Below are positions 1-8,844 of a stretch of DNA of 16,954 nucleotides, piece after piece. Origin of the DNA: Sulfurimonadaceae bacterium (lineage in GTDB: Bacteria; Campylobacterota; Campylobacteria; Campylobacterales; Sulfurimonadaceae); contig JBFEXS010000039.1 of assembly GCA_041562555.1 (NCBI GenBank), positions 1 through 16,954 on the forward strand. Reading direction: 5' to 3'. The stretch's first letter is position 1. Every line of letters begins with the position of its first letter. The notes under the pieces were generated by a model. The model did no database searches and was not told where the DNA came from. It worked only from the letters and a program-made list of their open reading frames with translations. The position numbers were made by a program, and so were the translations under genes.

Positions 1-12
1 AAAAGGTAAAGA

Positions 13-2235
13 TTGAATTTAATCATTGTGGAATCACCGGCAAAAGCCAGAACCATTAAAAACTTTTTAGGTAAGGATTATGAGGTTATTGCCTCCAAAG
101 GGCATATCCGTGACCTTCCAAAATCTCGCTTCGGTATCAAAGTAGGAGAAGATAATACCCTTACACCTGAATACTCCGTTGCTAAAGAGAATGCGCCCAC
201 CGTTAAAAAGATCAAAGAATTGGCGAAAAAAGCTGACACCATCTATATCGCGACCGATGAGGACCGTGAAGGAGAGGCAATCGGCTGGCATATTGCCCAT
301 GCTATGAAAAAAGACCCGGCGACACTTCCGCGTATCGTCTTTCATGAGATCACAAAATCTGCGATCCAACATGCCCTTGAATCTGCACGAACCGTGAATA
401 TGGATATGGTCAATGCCCAGCAGACCCGCCGTTTGCTTGATCGTATTGTGGGATACAAGCTATCTCCACTGTTAAGTTCCAAAATCCAAAAGGGTCTCTC
501 GGGCGGACGTGTACAATCCTCGACCCTTAAGATCATTGTAGATAAAGAACGTGAGATCAAAGCCTTTGTTCCACAAGAGTACTGGTCAATTGATTCTGTT
601 TTCAATACGAACATCGAATCCGTATTTCATAGCTATAAAAACCAAAAGATGGACAAGCTTTCCGTTTCCAATGAGAAAGATGCCAAAGCCATTGTCGACA
701 CTTTAAAATCAGAAGAGTTTACGGTTGCTTCTATTGAGACCAAAAAACGTAAGACTTCGACACCGCCGCCATTTATGACGTCTACACTTCAGCAGACAGC
801 CTCATCCAAACTTTCCCTTTCGCCGAAAAAGACGATGATGCTGGCACAGACCCTTTACGAAGGGGTCAAGACACCTGAGGGCACCTCGGGAGTTATCACC
901 TATATGAGAACTGATTCCCTGAACATGGCAGCTGAAGCCGTTGAAGCAGCTCGCGAACATATTGCGAAAAACTATGGTGACAAATACCTTCCAAAGGAAG
1001 CAAAGTCTTACGTAAAAAAGGCCAAAGGCGCACAAGAAGCCCACGAAGCGATCCGTCCAACAATGTTAGAGTTTACTCCGGAGATCGCTGCTAAATATTT
1101 GAAGCCTGATGAATTAAAACTTTATCGATTGATCTATAACCGTTTCCTTGCCTGTCAGATGACCGATGCACAATTCGAACAGCAAAGCATCATCTTCAAA
1201 TCAGAAAGTTCCGAGTTCAAAGCTAACGGGCGCAAACTTGTATTTGACGGTTTTTATAAGGTGGTCGGGGCAGATGATAAAGACAAGCTTTTACCTACGC
1301 TTAAAGAGGGTGAAAAAGCAGACCTTACTTCGCTTAAGACTGAACAGCATTTTACCGAACCGCCATCACGCTATTCGGAAGCAAGTCTTATCAAAAAGCT
1401 TGAGGCGGAAGGCATTGGACGTCCATCAACATATGCTCCTACCATCTCTACCCTTCAGGCCCGTATGTATATTGACATCGAAAAACGTCAGATCATCCCG
1501 ACCGAAGTTGCTTTTAAAGTAACGGAGGTGCTTGAAAAGCACTTTAACGATATTGTGGATGCAGAGTTTACTTCCAATATGGAAGAAGTACTTGACGAGA
1601 TCGCCGATGAGGGGAAAGACTGGCAAAAAGTCCTACATGACTTCTATTTCCCGTTTATGGACAAGATAGCCGAAGGCAAAGAGAAGATCAAATCACAAAA
1701 ACTGGCGAAACCTCTTGGACGGAATTGTCCAAAATGTGGTGAAGAGCTTCTTCTTCGCGGCGGGCGATACGGAAACTTTATCGCATGTAGCGGATTTCCT
1801 AAATGTAAATATACGGAGCAGGTAGATGATAATGGTGAGACGGCAGCTCCTGTAGAAGCCGAGAAGACCGAAGAGAAATGTGACAAGTGTGGTGCCGATA
1901 TGGTCATCAAGAATGGTCGCAATGGAAAATTCCTGGCCTGCTCGGCCTATCCTGAATGTAAGAACACAAAACCTCTTGAGGATGTGAATGCACCCACTTC
2001 CGATGTCCCATGTCCGGATTGTGGAGGTAAACTTGTATTCAGACGTTCACGTCGTGGTGCCTTCTGGGGATGTGAGAACTATCCGGAGTGTAAGTTCATA
2101 TCAAAGTTCGAACCAACGCTTAAAAAGTGTGAGGAACCTGATTGTGGCGGATCCCTGGCCAAGCGGACCTATCGAAACAATGAAGTCTATGAGTGTGTCA
2201 AGTGTAAGAACCGTACACCTCGTGAAGAAGCCTGA
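13..2235 (+). CDS. topA: DNA topoisomerase I (type IA) with C-terminal C4 zinc ribbons
   Basis: TOPRIM motifs LIIVESPAKA and ATDEDREGE, GRVQS, active-site ITYMRTDS, GIGRPSTYA, four Cys-rich zinc-ribbon repeats. TTG start with AAGG upstream. Confidence 0.98.
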   Translation: MNLIIVESPAKARTIKNFLGKDYEVIASKGHIRDLPKSRFGIKVGEDNTLTPEYSVAKENAPTVKKIKELAKKADTIYIATDEDREGEAIGWHIAHAMKKDPATLPRIVFHEITKSAIQHALESARTVNMDMVNAQQTRRLLDRIVGYKLSPLLSSKIQKGLSGGRVQSSTLKIIVDKEREIKAFVPQEYWSIDSVFNTNIESVFHSYKNQKMDKLSVSNEKDAKAIVDTLKSEEFTVASIETKKRKTSTPPPFMTSTLQQTASSKLSLSPKKTMMLAQTLYEGVKTPEGTSGVITYMRTDSLNMAAEAVEAAREHIAKNYGDKYLPKEAKSYVKKAKGAQEAHEAIRPTMLEFTPEIAAKYLKPDELKLYRLIYNRFLACQMTDAQFEQQSIIFKSESSEFKANGRKLVFDGFYKVVGADDKDKLLPTLKEGEKADLTSLKTEQHFTEPPSRYSEASLIKKLEAEGIGRPSTYAPTISTLQARMYIDIEKRQIIPTEVAFKVTEVLEKHFNDIVDAEFTSNMEEVLDEIADEGKDWQKVLHDFYFPFMDKIAEGKEKIKSQKLAKPLGRNCPKCGEELLLRGGRYGNFIACSGFPKCKYTEQVDDNGETAAPVEAEKTEEKCDKCGADMVIKNGRNGKFLACSAYPECKNTKPLEDVNAPTSDVPCPDCGGKLVFRRSRRGAFWGCENYPECKFISKFEPTLKKCEEPDCGGSLAKRTYRNNEVYECVKCKNRTPREEA

Positions 2236-2261
2236 AAGCATACAAAAGCGAAGAGTCCCTC

Positions 2262-2777
2262 ATGAAAATAGGCATTTTATCAGACACCCATTCTAAAATC
2301 GGCAGAGCAAAGAAGGTCATCGACCTCCTGATTGACAATGGTGCTGAATATCTTATTCATGCCGGTGATATCTGTGAAGTCGACGTCCTGGAGTATATGG
2401 CCCAGTCAAAACTTCCTTATCTCGCCGTATACGGGAACAATGATGCCCACATGGTCGAACATCATCGTCGTTTTAACCTTGTGCAAGAACCGCATCATTT
2501 CAAAATCGATGATGTTACCTTCAAATTGATGCACCTGCCTTACTATATGACACCCGATAGTGATATCGTCATCTTTGGGCATACCCATACCTTTGAGTGT
2601 GACTACAAGAACGATACACTCTTTGTAAACCCGGGCGAAGCCTGTGCGCGGAATAAACCCGTTAGTGAGTGTCTGCTGCTGAGTGTAAATGATACACACT
2701 ATACAATTGAGGCTTTCTCACGAAAGCTGAAAACTACTGAGTGGAAAACTCAACACATAAACTTTGAAAGAAACTAA
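2262..2777 (+). CDS. YfcE/MJ0936-family metallophosphoesterase (calcineurin-like phosphodiesterase)
   Basis: Motifs SDTH, HAGD, GNND, GHTH and NPGE in canonical order in 171 aa. Confidence 0.9.
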   Translation: MKIGILSDTHSKIGRAKKVIDLLIDNGAEYLIHAGDICEVDVLEYMAQSKLPYLAVYGNNDAHMVEHHRRFNLVQEPHHFKIDDVTFKLMHLPYYMTPDSDIVIFGHTHTFECDYKNDTLFVNPGEACARNKPVSECLLLSVNDTHYTIEAFSRKLKTTEWKTQHINFERN

Positions 2778-2780
2778 ACC

Positions 2781-3632
2781 ATGGCCAACAAAATATTCCT
2801 ATGTTCTATCTGTAATATCAACAGTGGCACCTGTAACGAGGACTGCAAGTTCTGCTCGCAAAGTGTTAAATACAGTGCTGACATCGAACGCTATAAACAA
2901 AAACCTATCGATACTATTCTGGAAGAAGCGCGTTCTGCTGAAGCTTCCGGTGCCCTTGGTTTTTGTCTTGTTACCGCACAAAAAGGTCTTACGGACAAAA
3001 CACTGAAATTTGTTTGTGAAGTTGCCAAAACGGTCAAAGCCGAAGTACCAAGACTGCGTCTGATCGCCTGTAACGGCACGGCTTCTTTGGAGCAACTTCT
3101 AACGCTTAAAGAAGCCGGTGTCGCTGCGTATAACCATAATCTTGAAAGCTCTGAACGCTATTATAAAGAGATATGTACTACCCATGAGTGGAAAGAGCGT
3201 TATGAGACCTGCGAAAATGTCAATAAGGCCGGTCTTGTACTTATTACGGGCGGTATCTTCGGAATGGGAGAAACCCAGGAGGATCGTATCTCCATGTTAC
3301 AATCCTTGGCCTCCTTGAACCCTACCTCTGTGCCCATAAATTTTTACCATCATAACCCGGCCCTTCCGTTAAAGGCCAATAATCTGACAACCGATGAGGC
3401 ACTTGATCTTGTACGCCTGGCAAGGGACCTGATCCCAAATGCTGATCGTATCATGATCGCAGGCGGCCGTGAGATGATGTTCAAAGAGCGTCAAGGAGAG
3501 ATCTTTGAAGCCGGAGCCAATGCCATTGTCATCGGTAACTATCTGACGACTTCAGGGCGGGAAAAATCAAAGGACCTGGAAATGTTGGCAAACCTCGGTC
3601 TAAGCATTGCCAAGAGTCCCGACGACAAATAG
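2781..3632 (+). CDS. bioB: Biotin synthase (radical SAM), short Campylobacterota type
   Basis: CNEDCKFC radical-SAM motif followed by SQS, plus YNHNLE, GGIFGMGE, VPIN, AGGRE and GNYLTT. Confidence 0.95.
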   Translation: MANKIFLCSICNINSGTCNEDCKFCSQSVKYSADIERYKQKPIDTILEEARSAEASGALGFCLVTAQKGLTDKTLKFVCEVAKTVKAEVPRLRLIACNGTASLEQLLTLKEAGVAAYNHNLESSERYYKEICTTHEWKERYETCENVNKAGLVLITGGIFGMGETQEDRISMLQSLASLNPTSVPINFYHHNPALPLKANNLTTDEALDLVRLARDLIPNADRIMIAGGREMMFKERQGEIFEAGANAIVIGNYLTTSGREKSKDLEMLANLGLSIAKSPDDK

Positions 3633-3649
3633 AGACAATCTTTCCCAAT

Positions 3650-3680
3650 AACTGTATAATGTTTGGAAACTGAAAAGGAG
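3650..3680 (+). promoter_or_regulatory. Putative sigma70 -10 element and ribosome-binding site for the antiporter gene
   Basis: TATAAT at 3655-3660. AAGGAG at 3675-3680, 5 nt before ATG 3686. Confidence 0.65.
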
Positions 3681-3685
3681 TGAAC

Positions 3686-4864
3686 ATGGGTGAAAATATC
3701 AGCCTGGTTTTGACACTAAGTGCAATCATCGCCTTTTCACCCTTTGTAGCGAAGATGTTAAAGATCCCTACGACTCCCGTAGAGATCATTTTAGGCTCAC
3801 TCCTTGCCTTTGCAGGCTTATTACATGAACATGAGCTTTTTGAGCTTGTCGCCGAGTTTGGCTTTTTATATTTGATGTTTATTGCGGGAACAGAGATCAA
3901 TATAAAAAAGATTTTGAAGATCGACAAAAGTATCCTCAATCGTGCCTTTATCTATTTGGCACTCCTTTATGTACTCTCTTTTATCTCATCTATATATCTG
4001 CACCTTAGCAATGTATTCATCGTCATCTTGCCGCTTATCTCCGTCGGTCTGATCGCTACCTTGAAAAAAGAGTATGGGAAGGGTACCAGCTGGCTTCCCC
4101 TTGCAATGATTGTAGGCTCCGTAGGTGAGATTGTTTCCATCGCCGTATTGACCGTCGCTTCTGAAGCTTTTGTGAGCGGTGTGAGTCTTGGGTTGCTCAA
4201 GACGATCTTTACACTTGTCATCTTTATTGGTCTGATTATTGTCCTGTTTCATACCCTCAGATTACTGTTTTGGTGGTATCCGGAGGTCGCTCCTTTACTG
4301 ATGCCCCATTTGGACAATAAGGAGCAAGACTTCAGGCTTTCCATGGCTATTCTTTTTTCTTTTATCGGTCTGATGATGTATCTTGACCTTGAATTGGCTT
4401 TCGGGGCTTTTATTGCAGGGATGTTCATCCCTACCTTCTTTGAACATAAATATGAACTGCCGCATAAACTTGAGTCTTATGGTTTTGGCTTTCTAGTACC
4501 GATCTTCTTCGTCCACGTCGGTACCTCGTTTAACCTTGCTGCTCTCTATGTCGACGGTCTAATTCAGATGGCCCTGCTTGTAACAGCATTGATGATAGGT
4601 ATACGTGTCATATCGGCTATGGTGTTCAACCAGACCGGTTCGTTCAAAGACTCAGCGCTTCTTGCTCTGTCTCATTCAATGCCGCTGACCCTGCTTATTG
4701 CAATAGCCACGCTTGCCTATCATCAGCACAGTATTGATAAGTTCCACTATTATGCCTTCATCCTGGCAAGCCTGTTCGAGGTTATTATTGTCATGCTAAC
4801 AATAAAACTGATCGTCTATCCGCCCAAGGCTGTGATCAAATTTTTGCGTCGAGGACACTCCTAA
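3686..4864 (+). CDS. CPA2-family cation:proton antiporter (membrane domain only)
   Basis: Highly hydrophobic, roughly 12 TM segments. Motifs AEFGFLYLMFIAGTE, LAFGAFIAG and PIFFVHVG. ATG 3686 fits the AAGGAG spacing better than GTG 3680 from the ORF track. Confidence 0.85.
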   Translation: MGENISLVLTLSAIIAFSPFVAKMLKIPTTPVEIILGSLLAFAGLLHEHELFELVAEFGFLYLMFIAGTEINIKKILKIDKSILNRAFIYLALLYVLSFISSIYLHLSNVFIVILPLISVGLIATLKKEYGKGTSWLPLAMIVGSVGEIVSIAVLTVASEAFVSGVSLGLLKTIFTLVIFIGLIIVLFHTLRLLFWWYPEVAPLLMPHLDNKEQDFRLSMAILFSFIGLMMYLDLELAFGAFIAGMFIPTFFEHKYELPHKLESYGFGFLVPIFFVHVGTSFNLAALYVDGLIQMALLVTALMIGIRVISAMVFNQTGSFKDSALLALSHSMPLTLLIAIATLAYHQHSIDKFHYYAFILASLFEVIIVMLTIKLIVYPPKAVIKFLRRGHS

Positions 4865-5333
4865 ACACATTCTCAAGTGTATCATCGGCATTGATGATAA
4901 TATCTGCTCTGCGTTCATAGATATCATTTCGTTCAGTAAAAAGTCTTTTTGCTTTGTCCCGGTCTTGAAACAAAGGACGCTTTCTCAGTTCTTCTGCACT
5001 CATACGGCTCAAGATAGTGTCAAAAGGCACCTTTAAATAGATAACGGTACCTACTTCACTCAGTTCTTCACAATAGACCAGCATCCCGCCACCTGTAGAG
5101 ATGACACTGTGCTTGACATTCTCTTTCAGCCACTGTACCGTCTTTTTTTCCAATGTCCTGAAATAGGTTTCACCCTCTTGGTCAAATATATCCGCAATAG
5201 ATCTTCCCTCGGCACTCTCTATCATCGCATCGGTATCTAGAAAGTAACTCCCCCTATGCCTTGCCAAAAGCCTTCCTACGGTACTCTTCCCGGATCCCAT
5301 GAACCCTATTAATACTAGATTAGAAGCAGACAA
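4836..5333 (-). CDS. aroK: Shikimate kinase
   Basis: NLVLIGFMGSGKSTVG P-loop, DTD, GETYFR, STGGG and RPL. Start probably TTG at 5333 (about 165 aa, overlapping the AMIN gene end). The ORF track extends to 5381, so the start is uncertain. Confidence 0.93.
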   Translation of the reverse strand: MSASNLVLIGFMGSGKSTVGRLLARHRGSYFLDTDAMIESAEGRSIADIFDQEGETYFRTLEKKTVQWLKENVKHSVISTGGGMLVYCEELSEVGTVIYLKVPFDTILSRMSAEELRKRPLFQDRDKAKRLFTERNDIYERRADIIINADDTLENVFRSVLDAKI

Positions 5334-5934
5334 TCTTGTGTTCTTTTTCGTCTGATTGAATCTTATAACGGTATTGTCCATCCAACTCTATCACAATACG
5401 GTAATACTTATCATGATTACCCATACGGATCTGCTTGAACGGTGCGGTATTCACAGTAAATTTCTTGGGTTTGAAACTGGTATCCCTACTAAAGTCCATT
5501 ACAATTCGGTGAGGTGAGGTCAGCATAAAATGACGCAGCAAGTTATCTTTTGTCATCACTTTTAAACCCTTGGAATCAGCTTGAAAACTTATGAATTGAG
5601 CATCAATCGTTTTTACTTTCTTATGCGTCTGTTTCTTCTTTGTGACCTTCGCTTTCTTCTGGGATATGATCAAGGGTTCATGCCAGTCTATCTGATTGTT
5701 CAATGTCAAGGTCTCATTTGAGATTGAACCGTCAAGGTTTTGATATTCAATGATGATTCCCTTGATAGCTCTGGCAGAATTTGGTAGCGATATTGTCTGC
5801 GTGGTATATGGCTTAAGTTGCTCTACCCTGTTTGTCGTGCTCATCTGCTTGGCATTCGGGTCTGCAGGGAAAAAAGGATTATCACGGCCAAAAAGTGCTA
5901 TTACGATAAAAGTTAATAGAAGAAATAAACGCAT
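5320..5934 (-). CDS. Secreted/periplasmic AMIN-domain protein
   Basis: Signal peptide followed by RDNPF. C-terminal AMIN-like motifs FMLTSPHRIVMDF and IRMGNHDKYYRIVIELDG. Sits in the eno-ftsB-AMIN-aroK order I recall from Helicobacter. Confidence 0.82.
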   Translation of the reverse strand: MRLFLLLTFIVIALFGRDNPFFPADPNAKQMSTTNRVEQLKPYTTQTISLPNSARAIKGIIIEYQNLDGSISNETLTLNNQIDWHEPLIISQKKAKVTKKKQTHKKVKTIDAQFISFQADSKGLKVMTKDNLLRHFMLTSPHRIVMDFSRDTSFKPKKFTVNTAPFKQIRMGNHDKYYRIVIELDGQYRYKIQSDEKEHKIVCF

Positions 5935-5960
5935 ATATACCCTATAAAATCAATTTATAG

Positions 5961-5972
5961 CATTATACAGTT
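5961..5972 (-). promoter_or_regulatory. Putative -10 element for AMIN-aroK
   Basis: Minus strand reads AACTGTATAATG about 27 nt upstream of ATG 5934. Confidence 0.55.
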
Positions 5973-5993
5973 TTTTTTAAAAGCAAAGATTAG

Positions 5994-6272
5994 TCAATTA
6001 TTGTCGGGGTCTAACTCGTTAAGTTCAAAAAGTTCTTTTTGTAAGGCCGCATTCTCTTGTTTGAGCTTAGAGACCTCCTCTTTTAAGAAGGTCTCGTACT
6101 CTTCGAGGTTCAACAGTACCTCAAGCGAGTTTTCTCCAAAAAGAATAATTCCAATGTAGATACCTGAAAGAACAACGATGACAGAAAAAAGCCCAAGCTT
6201 CTGCCAGCTTAAGCCTAGATATCGCTTGGGTAGACTCTGTTCGGCTTGAATCTCATCGAGTAGTTCAGACAT
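5994..6272 (-). CDS. ftsB: FtsB/DivIC-like septum formation initiator
   Basis: One TM helix, then FGENSL and a heptad coiled coil (LKEEVSKLKQENAALQKEL). Directly downstream of eno, a widely conserved arrangement. Confidence 0.75.
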   Translation of the reverse strand: MSELLDEIQAEQSLPKRYLGLSWQKLGLFSVIVVLSGIYIGIILFGENSLEVLLNLEEYETFLKEEVSKLKQENAALQKELFELNELDPDNN

Positions 6273-6295
6273 GGGTCATGGCAACTAAGAAAGAC

Positions 6296-7564
6296 TTAGT
6301 TAAAAAGAGCTGCTCCAAGATATTCGCCATACACCACTTCATTTTCAATTTCCAGAAGACGGTTATATTTTGCAGTACGCTCACCACGTGCCGTTGAACC
6401 TGTTTTGATCTCACCACAATTAAGGGCAACAGCAAAATCAGCAATAAATGCATCTTCGCTCTCTCCGGAACGGTGAGACATGACACATTTGTATCCGTTA
6501 CGTTGTGCAAGGCGAACAGTCAGCATCGTCTCAGAAACCGAACCGATCTGGTTTGGCTTGATCAGAATAGAGTTGGCGATCTCTTTTTCAATACCTTCAT
6601 TCAAAATATTTGCATTGGTAACAAATAGGTCATCCCCTACAAGCTGTACTTTGTTTCCTAGTTTTTCTGTGAGTACTTTCCATCCATCCCAGTCATCTTC
6701 GCTCAAACCATCCTCGATAGAAACGATCGGATATTTTGAACACAGGTCAACATAATAGTTCGCAAGTTCTTCACTTGTTACTGTACGATTTTCTGATTCA
6801 AGACGGTATCCCCCGTCAACTACCAACTCTGATGCCGCAACATCAAGGGCAATAGCCATTTGTTTACCAGGCTCATATCCTGCTTTTTCGATTGCTTCCA
6901 TGATTACCTGGATAGGCTCTTCATTTGAGCTGAGATCCGGTGCAAAACCACCTTCATCACCTAAAGCGGTGTTATGGTTCTTGTCTTTTAGGATCTTTTT
7001 TAGATTGTGATATACTTCAGCAGATGCCTGTAATGATGATGCGAAATCTTCAAATCCAACCGGCATGATCATATACTCTTGAAAGTCAACCGAGTTGTCA
7101 GCGTGTGAACCGCCATTGATAATGTTTAGCATTGGAGTCGGCATAACCATCGCATTGGCACCGCCCAGGTAACGATACAGAGGTACATTAAGCGATTGTG
7201 CCGCAGCACGTGCTACTGCCATGGATACACCCAGTACAGCATTCGCACCAAGGTTAGAGTAGTTTTCTGTTCCGTCAACCTCTTTCATCGTTGCATCAAC
7301 GACAGCTTGATTGAACGGGCTAAGGCCGATAAGTGCATCCGCGATCGCAGAGTTTACATTTTCAACTGCCTGAAGTACACCCTTGCCCATATAACGATCA
7401 CCACCGTCACGAAGTTCTAATGCCTCACGTTTACCTGTACTTGCACCTGAAGGAACGATTGCTTCTGCCTGCGTCCCGTCACTAAGTGTTACATATGCCT
7501 TAACCGTTGGATTACCGCGTGAATCCATAACTTCCATTGCGTTTACATTATCAATAAATATCAT
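6296..7564 (-). CDS. eno: Enolase
   Basis: [40 protein letters not shown] and IKTG. Start overlaps the recA stop (ATGA). Confidence 0.99.
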   Translation of the reverse strand: MIFIDNVNAMEVMDSRGNPTVKAYVTLSDGTQAEAIVPSGASTGKREALELRDGGDRYMGKGVLQAVENVNSAIADALIGLSPFNQAVVDATMKEVDGTENYSNLGANAVLGVSMAVARAAAQSLNVPLYRYLGGANAMVMPTPMLNIINGGSHADNSVDFQEYMIMPVGFEDFASSLQASAEVYHNLKKILKDKNHNTALGDEGGFAPDLSSNEEPIQVIMEAIEKAGYEPGKQMAIALDVAASELVVDGGYRLESENRTVTSEELANYYVDLCSKYPIVSIEDGLSEDDWDGWKVLTEKLGNKVQLVGDDLFVTNANILNEGIEKEIANSILIKPNQIGSVSETMLTVRLAQRNGYKCVMSHRSGESEDAFIADFAVALNCGEIKTGSTARGERTAKYNRLLEIENEVVYGEYLGAALFN

Positions 7565-8607
7565 TCTATAGTCTCCTCTTCTTCTAGTATTTCATTTTGA
7601 TCCATGTCCATAAGATTGCTTATACCCATAGCATGCTTGATCTTGTTTTCGATCTCTAATGCGAGTGTTTCGTCCTCTTTTAGAGCATCTTTTACCTTCT
7701 CTCTACCTTGACCAAGTTTCTTATCCTCATAAGAGAACCAAGCCCCTGACTTGTCAATGATATCAAGTTTAACCCCATAGTCAACCAATTCACCGTATTT
7801 GGAGATCCCTTCTCCAAACATAATATCGAACTCGGCCTGTTTAAACGGAGGTGCCACCTTGTTTTTCACAATCTTGGCTTTCGTACGGTTACCTATCGGA
7901 CTCTCCGCCTGTTTAAGCGTTGCAATACGACGAATATCAATACGTACTGAAGAGTAGAACTTCAGTGCATTTCCTCCGGTTGTTGTCTCAGGTGAGCCAT
8001 ATCCCATCATACCGATCTTCATACGGATCTGGTTAATGAATATAACTGTTGTGTTCATCTTATGAAGTACACCTGTCAGCTTACGAAGTGCTTTTGACAT
8101 CAAACGAGCTTGGATTCCTACCTGCTGATCCGTCATCTCACCTTCAAGCTCCACCTTCGGAGTCAATGCGGCGACCGAGTCAATAACGATCAGATCAACC
8201 GCGCCAGAACGTGCAATGGTCTCAACGATATCCAACGCCTGCTCTCCATAATCCGGCTGAGAGACCAATAGGTTCTCGATGTCTACACCAAGGTTCTTAG
8301 CGTATTGCACATCCAATGCATGTTCCGCATCGATAAAGGCACATACACCACCCTGTTTTTGACATTCAGCCGTGATCTGAAGTGTTAATGTCGTCTTTCC
8401 TGATGATTCAGGACCGTAAATCTCAATCACACGACCCTTAGGAACACCACCAATTCCCAATGCAAGGTCAAGACCTAAAGAACCTGTACTAATCGCTTCG
8501 ATCGCTTCAACCTCTTTGTCTCCAAGACGCATCAATGCGCCCTTACCAAATGCCTTATCGATCTGCTTAAGTGCCAAGTCCAGTGATTTTTGTTTATTTG
8601 CATCCAT
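7561..8607 (-). CDS. recA: Recombinase RecA
   Basis: GPESSGKTT Walker A, DAEHALD, IDSVAAL, FINQIR and GGNALKFY. No intein. AAGGA RBS upstream. Confidence 0.99.
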   Translation of the reverse strand: MDANKQKSLDLALKQIDKAFGKGALMRLGDKEVEAIEAISTGSLGLDLALGIGGVPKGRVIEIYGPESSGKTTLTLQITAECQKQGGVCAFIDAEHALDVQYAKNLGVDIENLLVSQPDYGEQALDIVETIARSGAVDLIVIDSVAALTPKVELEGEMTDQQVGIQARLMSKALRKLTGVLHKMNTTVIFINQIRMKIGMMGYGSPETTTGGNALKFYSSVRIDIRRIATLKQAESPIGNRTKAKIVKNKVAPPFKQAEFDIMFGEGISKYGELVDYGVKLDIIDKSGAWFSYEDKKLGQGREKVKDALKEDETLALEIENKIKHAMGISNLMDMDQNEILEEEETIE

Positions 8608-8638
8608 ATTGATGTTCCTTTAAATAGTTATTGGAATA

Positions 8639-8644
8639 ATTATA
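8639..8644 (-). promoter_or_regulatory. Putative proximal -10 (TATAAT) for the recA-eno operon
   Basis: Minus-strand TATAAT 31 nt upstream of the recA ATG. A second candidate, gcTAAAAT, lies at 8718-8725. Confidence 0.5.
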
Positions 8645-8768
8645 TGTCAAATTGAAATATTTAACATATCATATTGCAAAATGCAATATTTTCTTCTTAT
8701 GGAGAAAATAATGCGTAATTTTAGCGTTGTTTGGTTAAAATCTAATTGATAAGAAGCATTAAGTGAGC

Positions 8769-8784
8769 TAAATTGTACAATTTA
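8769..8784. promoter_or_regulatory. Perfect 16-bp palindrome TAAATTGTACAATTTA (possible operator or bidirectional -10)
   Basis: The sequence equals its own reverse complement and contains TACAAT on both strands. It ends 60 nt upstream of mqnD. Confidence 0.45.
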
Positions 8785-8844
8785 CATAAGTTTTTTTTGT
8801 TCACTGCTGTTTTTAATAGATAATTTCTGATTTTAGGAACTGTT

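Noticed and set aside
1720..2215. Repeated Cys-rich units at the end of topA
   Set aside because: These are the normal C4 zinc ribbons of topoisomerase I, not a repeat array or fusion.
6265..6301. Small hairpin AACTAAG-N5-CTTAGTT at the eno stop and an out-of-frame ATG (MTHV) overlapping the ftsB start
   Set aside because: A weak AU-rich 7-bp stem and a 4-codon ORF are both compatible with chance.
5971..8798. T8 homopolymers at 5971-5978 and 8791-8798 as phase-variation tracts
   Set aside because: Short T runs are expected in AT-rich intergenic DNA, and I saw no long G/C tract or frameshifted gene.
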